From: Carcharhinus longimanus
Lineage: Eukaryota
DNA: 64,000 nt
Assembly (NCBI GenBank): GCA_030264375.1
Contig: JASCQW010000146.1
Coordinates: 13,168,826 to 13,232,825 of the forward strand
Direction of reading: 5' to 3'
The position numbers and the translations under genes are program-made. Within the stretch, counting starts at the first letter, position 1. Each line of letters begins with the position of its first letter. The notes under the pieces were generated by a model, which worked only from the letters and a program-made list of their open reading frames with translations, was not told where the DNA came from and ran no database searches. Below, piece after piece: positions 34,183 through 64,000 of this stretch.

Positions 34183-35329
34183 CTGTAAAGGATAAATAAA
34201 ATAACTGGTTAGCTGCTGTTCAAACAGTGCTTACTCACAAATCAATATTATCAACCAATTTCAGAGTAACAAACCAAAGAGTGAACTTACTGAAATTACT
34301 GCACTAAGAATTTGTTTGGTGTCATGTAAAAACTGAAAATAAAGTTACTATAGGATTGTCCTGGCAAAACACAATGATACTTTACAAAGCAACATTATAT
34401 GGAAGCTAAAAATGTGAAAAAATGGTGGAAGTACTCCTAAACTTCAACTGTTTCTCTCTCCACAGGTGATCCCAGACCTGCTGAGTATCTTCCACATTTT
34501 CTGCTTTTTTACGATTACAGGGTGGCCAGATTTTCTGAAACTTAGAGCTGCATATGATAATCTTCAGATATTCAAGAGCTGTTAGACACGGACACCTTTT
34601 ACAGACACACTATTCGCTACTTAACTGATTTTGGCAGCCTTGCTCTTCCCATGTGCCAAATCAATCCAGAGGATAAAAAATATCGATTATACTTGAAAAA
34701 AGTCAGAACCACCTACTGAACAAAAGGTTTGAATCAGAGTGCCTGTACCTCACTGCAGCAGATTCTTATATTTCTCTGTTCAGTATTAAACTGCTTCTTC
34801 CCTTTCCAGACAGAGGCTGCAAGTCAGAGGAACAGCAGTGAGGGGGTGGGTTAGGGGGCTGGACAGGTCACACTGTCACATGTTAGACCGGCAGGAAATT
34901 TATGAAAGGAGANNNNNNNNNNNNNNNNNNNNNNNNNNNNNNNNNNNNNNNNNNNNNNNNNNNNNNNNNNNNNNNNNNNNNNNNNNNNNNNNNNNNNNNN
35001 NNNNNNNNNNNNCGTGAATTCACTGAATAGCGGAGCAAATTCAAGATCGGCAGAAACAAATCCTTGACTTTGTTTTTAACCCTCCTCCCAGTGCTGCTCT
35101 CTAGTTCTCTGTGTCTGTGAGGCTGTAAATTGCTGGGGCTGCACTGGCTGTTTACCTCCCACCAATATATGGATGCATGGACAGTTTCACAGCTTGAGGA
35201 ATGAGGCACACAAGTGTAAAAGAGCCACTCTGTACTAATGCCAAGGTTGGCCACCCTGTAGAAATACATTGATTGTTTATTCATCCACAGTATTGGTCAT
35301 AAACCTTCTGAGTTTCATATACTAGCATG

Positions 35330-36258
35330 TATGTCTCTTGATCATTTGACAGTTTTTAGTTAGAAGCCCTGTTTGGTAGGCCCATGCTTGGTCTCTGTTG
35401 TACTTGGTCAATCCCTCATCTTATAAAGTAGCCTGTTGTGTCGCACCCTGTTGCCAAAAGCTTCTTGAAAATCCAAATATACAAAATCAACTAGACTACT
35501 GTATCCACCAAACTAGAAATTTACTCAAAATATTCAACCAAATTAATAAGACCTGATTTTCTTTACAGACTTCATTGACCTCTTCTCTGTTCAGAGTATG
35601 TCATCCATCATACTGAATCAACCCCTGTATATATTTGCCTACAACTAAAGTCAATTTCCTAGTTCTGACTTGCTGTCCTTTTTGAATATTACCATAACAT
35701 AAACCTCTTTCAGGCCATGGGAACGATCTCCAACTCCAGTATAAGAAAACATATAAGAAAATAATTTGCTAATCACAGCTTCCATTTCTTTGAGAAGCAT
35801 TAGATGAAAGAAATCAGGACTACTTATTTTTCCAGAATTATATTTGCTGCCATTTTGAGACAATGCACAGGATTTCACAGCCTCGCTTGTCCTGAAACCA
35901 TAAAACCCCGCCTTTCCATGGTCCACCCCTCGCTCACTCCGATTTCCATGGTAAGCAGGAAGGTAAAATTAGTCAATATTTTAGATACTATACATTGCAT
36001 TAATCTGGAGGAGGGAACCGAGTGTATGGTGTTGAAATTTGCTGATGACACCAAGATTGGTGGAACGGCAAATTGCGCGNNNNNNNNNNNNNNNNNNNNN
36101 NNNNNNNNNNNNNNNNNNNNNNNNNNNNNNNNNNNNNNNNNNNNNNNNNNNNNNNNNNNNNNNNNNNNNNNNNNNNNNNCCATTATCTTATTGAATGGCG
36201 GGGCAGGCTCGAAGGGCTAGATGGCCTACTCCTGCTCCTATTTCTTACGTTCTTATAA
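35330..36258. mobile_element. CR1 fragments (- at ~35330-35790; + at ~35990-36258 across a gap) with a short MITE-like element between
   Basis: KFADDTKIGG; reverse IFKKDSK.ELGN; CR1 tail ggcctactcctgctcctattt. Confidence 0.65.
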
Positions 36259-36936
36259 TCAAGCACAATCTGATGTAAAGTAGCACTTCTAATACCTTTG
36301 TCATACCCTGGAAGCTCACCTGAAGACGGAATCATTCAACACCCCTAGCGATCCTTAACTGCACTAGTTAAAAATGATTTCATTATTGTTACTGTGATCA
36401 GCTATCTTCTTCACTAATGAATTACTACTAGCCGTTTGATAGGAGCTGCTGATGCCTTTGGCAGAACTCTGCCGATCCCTTTTCTCCCGAGAGCTATTTT
36501 TATTTAATCTGTACAAGTAATTGTGCTCAAGTCCGATTTCTCCTTGCACGTGACCAGTTAGCTACTTTAACTTTGTTTTATTATCAGCCCTTTTGGCTCT
36601 AGAAACATTCAGCCTTCTTTTGCACTGATGTCTTTAAGGCATTCCATCTTTCTTTTGCCTTGATCGTTTCTCTGCCTAGTAGGATAGATAATACTTGTCC
36701 ATTTTTCCAAATTTTACCCTCTTGAAATCTGGAACTGGCATTAAATTCTTGGTTTGCCTGATTAAATCGAATCTAATATTATAGTCACTGTTGTACAGGT
36801 ACTCATTCCCCCCCCACACAGAGATGGTACTGCTCAAGTAACCAATTAACATTAGAATGCCACAATAGAAAAGGGTCATTTAAAATGTCCACAAATCTTT
36901 CAGCTGTGTTACTCTCAACATTAATTTACTTTGACA

Positions 36937-37037
36937 AAAACAGAAAATGCTGGAAAATCTCAGCAGCTCTGACAGCATCTTGTGGAGAGAGAAATAGAGC
37001 TAATGTTTCGAGTCTGGATGACCCTTCATCAGGGCTC
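36937..37037 (-). mobile_element. Penelope-like terminal fragment with minimal hammerhead motif
   Basis: GAGCC-CTGATGA-A-GGGTC-atcca-GACTC-GAAA-CATT-AGCTC on the minus strand. Confidence 0.7.
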
Positions 37038-37739
37038 AAGTGGTACTTACTTACCACTGAGGCACTTGGCCTGAGCCACCACTACACCCACCACCCACTA
37101 TGCCCATTACAGCGATACTTTCAAGACGACATCCTGCAATGAATCAGGAAATAGCATCACAATTAAAGACGTTAATTTTCAGAATTTTGTTTGGACATTG
37201 TCACAAATATTTCACAAGACAGAAAACATAATTCAGATTTTGACCCTGTTGGATGCAGTTGCATAAATTAACAACGAAAACAAAATGATCTAAAACTTTA
37301 TAGAGTTTTTAAACAGAAGAGTTTATACTCTGTCTTTATCACTTACAGGTGCCACGTCCTGAATATCTAGAACAAGTGTCAATGATCCATCTGGAGCCAA
37401 TAATTTAATATACTTAACATCACACCTTAGCTGCAGTTAATACAACAAAATGATCTAATTATGGAAGTTAAATTTGATTAACAAATATAGTGACATCTTC
37501 TTTCTACACTGCTCTATCCTTCCTGAATCCTTTACAATCCATCATTAACATGCAAACATGCCTCCATGATAACAATTAAAATATCCTATTTATCCAATGT
37601 TACATCGGCTGTACTTTTCACATTTTGTTTCTGATACTTCTGGCACCATTTTTTAGTGTTACACTATGGATCTCTGTCTTCAATAAATTACACTATAAAC
37701 TTATATCTGAGACTAAAACAAATTTAAATCCTTCCCAAA

Positions 37740-39100
37740 AGCAGCCTCAACAGCCTCTGTCATCTTCTAGCACCAATGCGGTTTATCTACCTCAAAGAGG
37801 TTAATTAAATCCAACTAACCTCCTTCCCATCTGTTCTGATGATGCTACCTTCCACAATGGTGCTTCTGACACGTCTTCCTTTCCCCTTAACTGAGGATTC
37901 CCCTCACAGGGCCCGTTAGCATGACTGACTCATTTCTTACACTTTTGCCCTCACCCCTACCCCTCCCTCCTATGATAGAGTTCCCCTTGTCCACTGCACC
38001 CACCTCCGCATTCAAAGGATTATCATATACCATTTCTACCATCTCCAGCATGTATCTACAACCAAACCTCTTCCTCTCACCTCCTCCCTCAGCATTCCCC
38101 AGGGACCATTCCACTGTGACGCCTTGATTCATTCCTCTATCACTCTCAATACATAATCCCCTTCTCATGCAATCGCAGAAGGTGCAATGCTTGCCCCTAT
38201 ACCGGTTTACTGTCCAAAGCCTCAAACACACCTTCTAGGTGAAGCAGCCACTTACCTGCACTTCTTTCAATTTAATCTACTTTATTTGCTGCTCACAATG
38301 TGGTCACCTCTACACCACCAAGACCAAACGCGGACAGGCTGTTTTGCAGAATACCTCAGTTCAGTCCGCAAGCATGACTCTGACCTTCTGGTCAGAGTCA
38401 TTTCAATTCACCACATTGTTCTCATATTCATATTTCTGTCCTCCACCTGCTGCAATGTTTCATAAAGCCTAACACAAGCTTGATGAACAGCACCCCAGCT
38501 TCCAATAAAGCACATTACAGCCTTCTAGACACAACATTGAGTTCAACAGCTTCATACCATGCACTCTGTCCTCTACTTTGTATATGTTCTCCCTAATGCC
38601 AGTCTGTACCTTGTTCTCATGTTTGTGCTGACAGTACTGACCTACTCTGGACAAATGCTTTGTTCATTTACTACAACTATTAGACCACAACACATAGGAG
38701 CAGAATTAAGCCATTGGCCCATCAAGTCTGCTCCGCCATTCAATCATGGCTGATATTTTTCTCATCTCTATTCTCTTGCCTTTTCCCCATAACCCCCCTA
38801 TCCTCTTATTAATCAAGAGCTTATCTCTATCTTAAAGACACTCAATGACCACTCACTTTGTCTTTTGTTCTAAAACGTCTTTGTCATTTATCTCTCCACA
38901 CATTCTAACCTTTCCCTGACTGTCCCTTTTTGCTCTAACTGACCCTCCCCACTTCTTGAATACCATAAAACCCATCAAATTTCTACCTCTCCTCAGTTCC
39001 CAAGAAGAGCATATTGGATTTGAAACATTAACTCTGAGTCTCATTCCACAAATGCTGTCAGACTGGAATTTTTCCAATACTTTGTTTTTATTTCAGACCT
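37740..39100 (+). mobile_element. Decayed Penelope-like element (GIY-YIG region and 3' end) with nested CR1 tail (38685-38850, -)
   Basis: LTCTSFNLIYFICCSQCGHLYTTKTKR is a degenerate GIY-YIG motif; terminal motif at 38990-39100. Confidence 0.75.
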
Positions 39101-39271
39101 TACATTACAAGTGCAGTCGTGATGCACATAGTCCCCTAGGACAAAATCAAATATAGTCAAATTACTGACTTCACTGACACAGTAATCATCTAGGGAAACC
39201 AATTTATGCCATGAATACTGGAGTCAATTAAAAATGTGAACACTTACCATTTGCACATCTCATTGCCACAA

Positions 39272-62786
<23,515 letters not shown>

Positions 62787-63459
62787 TCAGCAGATATGAA
62801 ACGAATGAAGTAGCAAATAGAATTAGCATTCCTTTTTGGAGGAAGATCTATACTGCCCCTCCCTTCCCTGCTCTCTGGTGATTTACATCCATAATACTTT
62901 TTGCACTCATTATTTTGTTGCAATCAAGCTATCCCCCTTCTGAAAGGAACTCAAAATTCTGTCTCTTAAAAAGCAGAATATAATGACATTATCTGAAAAG
63001 ATTAGTATGTCTGCATCCTCAGGGCACCTTGTATCCCAAATGGCTCCATTCATTTCAATGAGAAACAACAGAATTTTATTTAGTTCTCCTTATTTGAAAA
63101 AAACTTCAGATTTTCTTTGCAATCTTTTGTTTATTGCATTAATCAATTTCATGTCCACATAATCCCTTTTAATTGTAAACTACGAGCATGGTAGCAACGG
63201 TTGCAATTCTGGAAGCATAAAAATCACTTGTTCATTGTGTTCTCAGATTAAACTGAAGAACTGCACGGTGATTATATTTAAATTTTACCAGTGTTTAAAC
63301 GGATAAACATTGCCTCCAGTAATATTGAAGCTGTTTAGGTTTTAATGCAGAATAGACTTTCAAAAGCATAAGCGAGGCTGAATCATTAGAGTAAAACAAA
63401 AGGAAACAACAATAATGCATAAGCTGGATATGTCAATGCAAGTTCCATTCTGACTTTCT

Positions 63460-64000
63460 AAAGCCAGTCCACCACCTACAAGGCGCAAGTCAGGAGTGTG
63501 ATGGAATATTCTCCATTTGCCTGGATGAGTGCAACTCCAGCACGCAAGAAACTCAGTACCATCCAGGACAAAGCAGCCTGCTTGATTGACACCCTATCCA
63601 GAAACATTCACTCTTTCCACCACTGACGAACAGCGGCTGTACTGCATATCATCTACAAAATGCACTTCAGGAACTCCACAATGCTACTTGGGCAGCAGCT
63701 TCCAAACCCATGGTCTCTACCAGCTAGAAGGGCAAGGTCAGTAGACACATGGGAATGCCACCACCCGAAAGCTCCTCTCCAAGTCACACATTATCCTGAC
63801 TTGGAAATATATCGTCGTTTCTTCACTGTCACTGGGTCAAGATCCTGGAACTCCCTGTAACAGTATTGTGGGTGTACCTACACCACAAGGACTGCAGCAG
63901 TTCAAGAAGGCAGCTCACCATCACCTTCTCAAGGGCAATTAGGGAGAGCAATAAATGCTGGCCTAGCCAGTGACGCCCCGCATCCCATTAAAAATGAATT
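63460..64000 (+). mobile_element. CR1-group LINE 3' fragment (family of 30055-33460)
   Basis: STTYKAQVRSVMEYSPFAWM; tail gggcaattagggagagcaataaatgctgg. Confidence 0.85.

Overview
Vertebrate genomic DNA, very probably a shark or other elasmobranch, judged from the HE1-type V-SINEs and abundant CR1 LINEs. It is a draft assembly with eight N gaps. Two spliced genes lie on the minus strand. PPIE (cyclophilin E/Cyp33) is complete: 10 coding exons, 26244->8660, 302 aa. PABPC4 is present as its 3' two thirds: 10 coding exons, 62746->39272, plus a non-coding last exon with AATAAA at 33739-33744; its 5' exons lie beyond the window. Two paralogous H/ACA snoRNAs resembling SNORA55 sit in different PABPC4 introns. 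Bases ~4800-7760 look like the TE-free 3' UTR and polyA site of a convergent + strand gene (BMP8 is only a synteny guess). The rest is decayed mobile DNA: CR1, L2 and Rex1/Babar LINEs, a Gypsy remnant, two SINE families, MITE-like elements and Penelope-like fragments with degenerate minimal hammerhead motifs. I found no clearly new biological system. The best leads are the duplicated SNORA55-like RNAs that keep only the 3' guide pocket, candidate NMD-inducing cassette exons and an alternative acceptor at the PABPC4 3' end, a LINE that appears to start with a tRNA-derived SINE head, and a palindromic element with two opposed hammerhead motifs. TE boundaries are approximate. Homology calls are from recalled sequence knowledge, not database searches.
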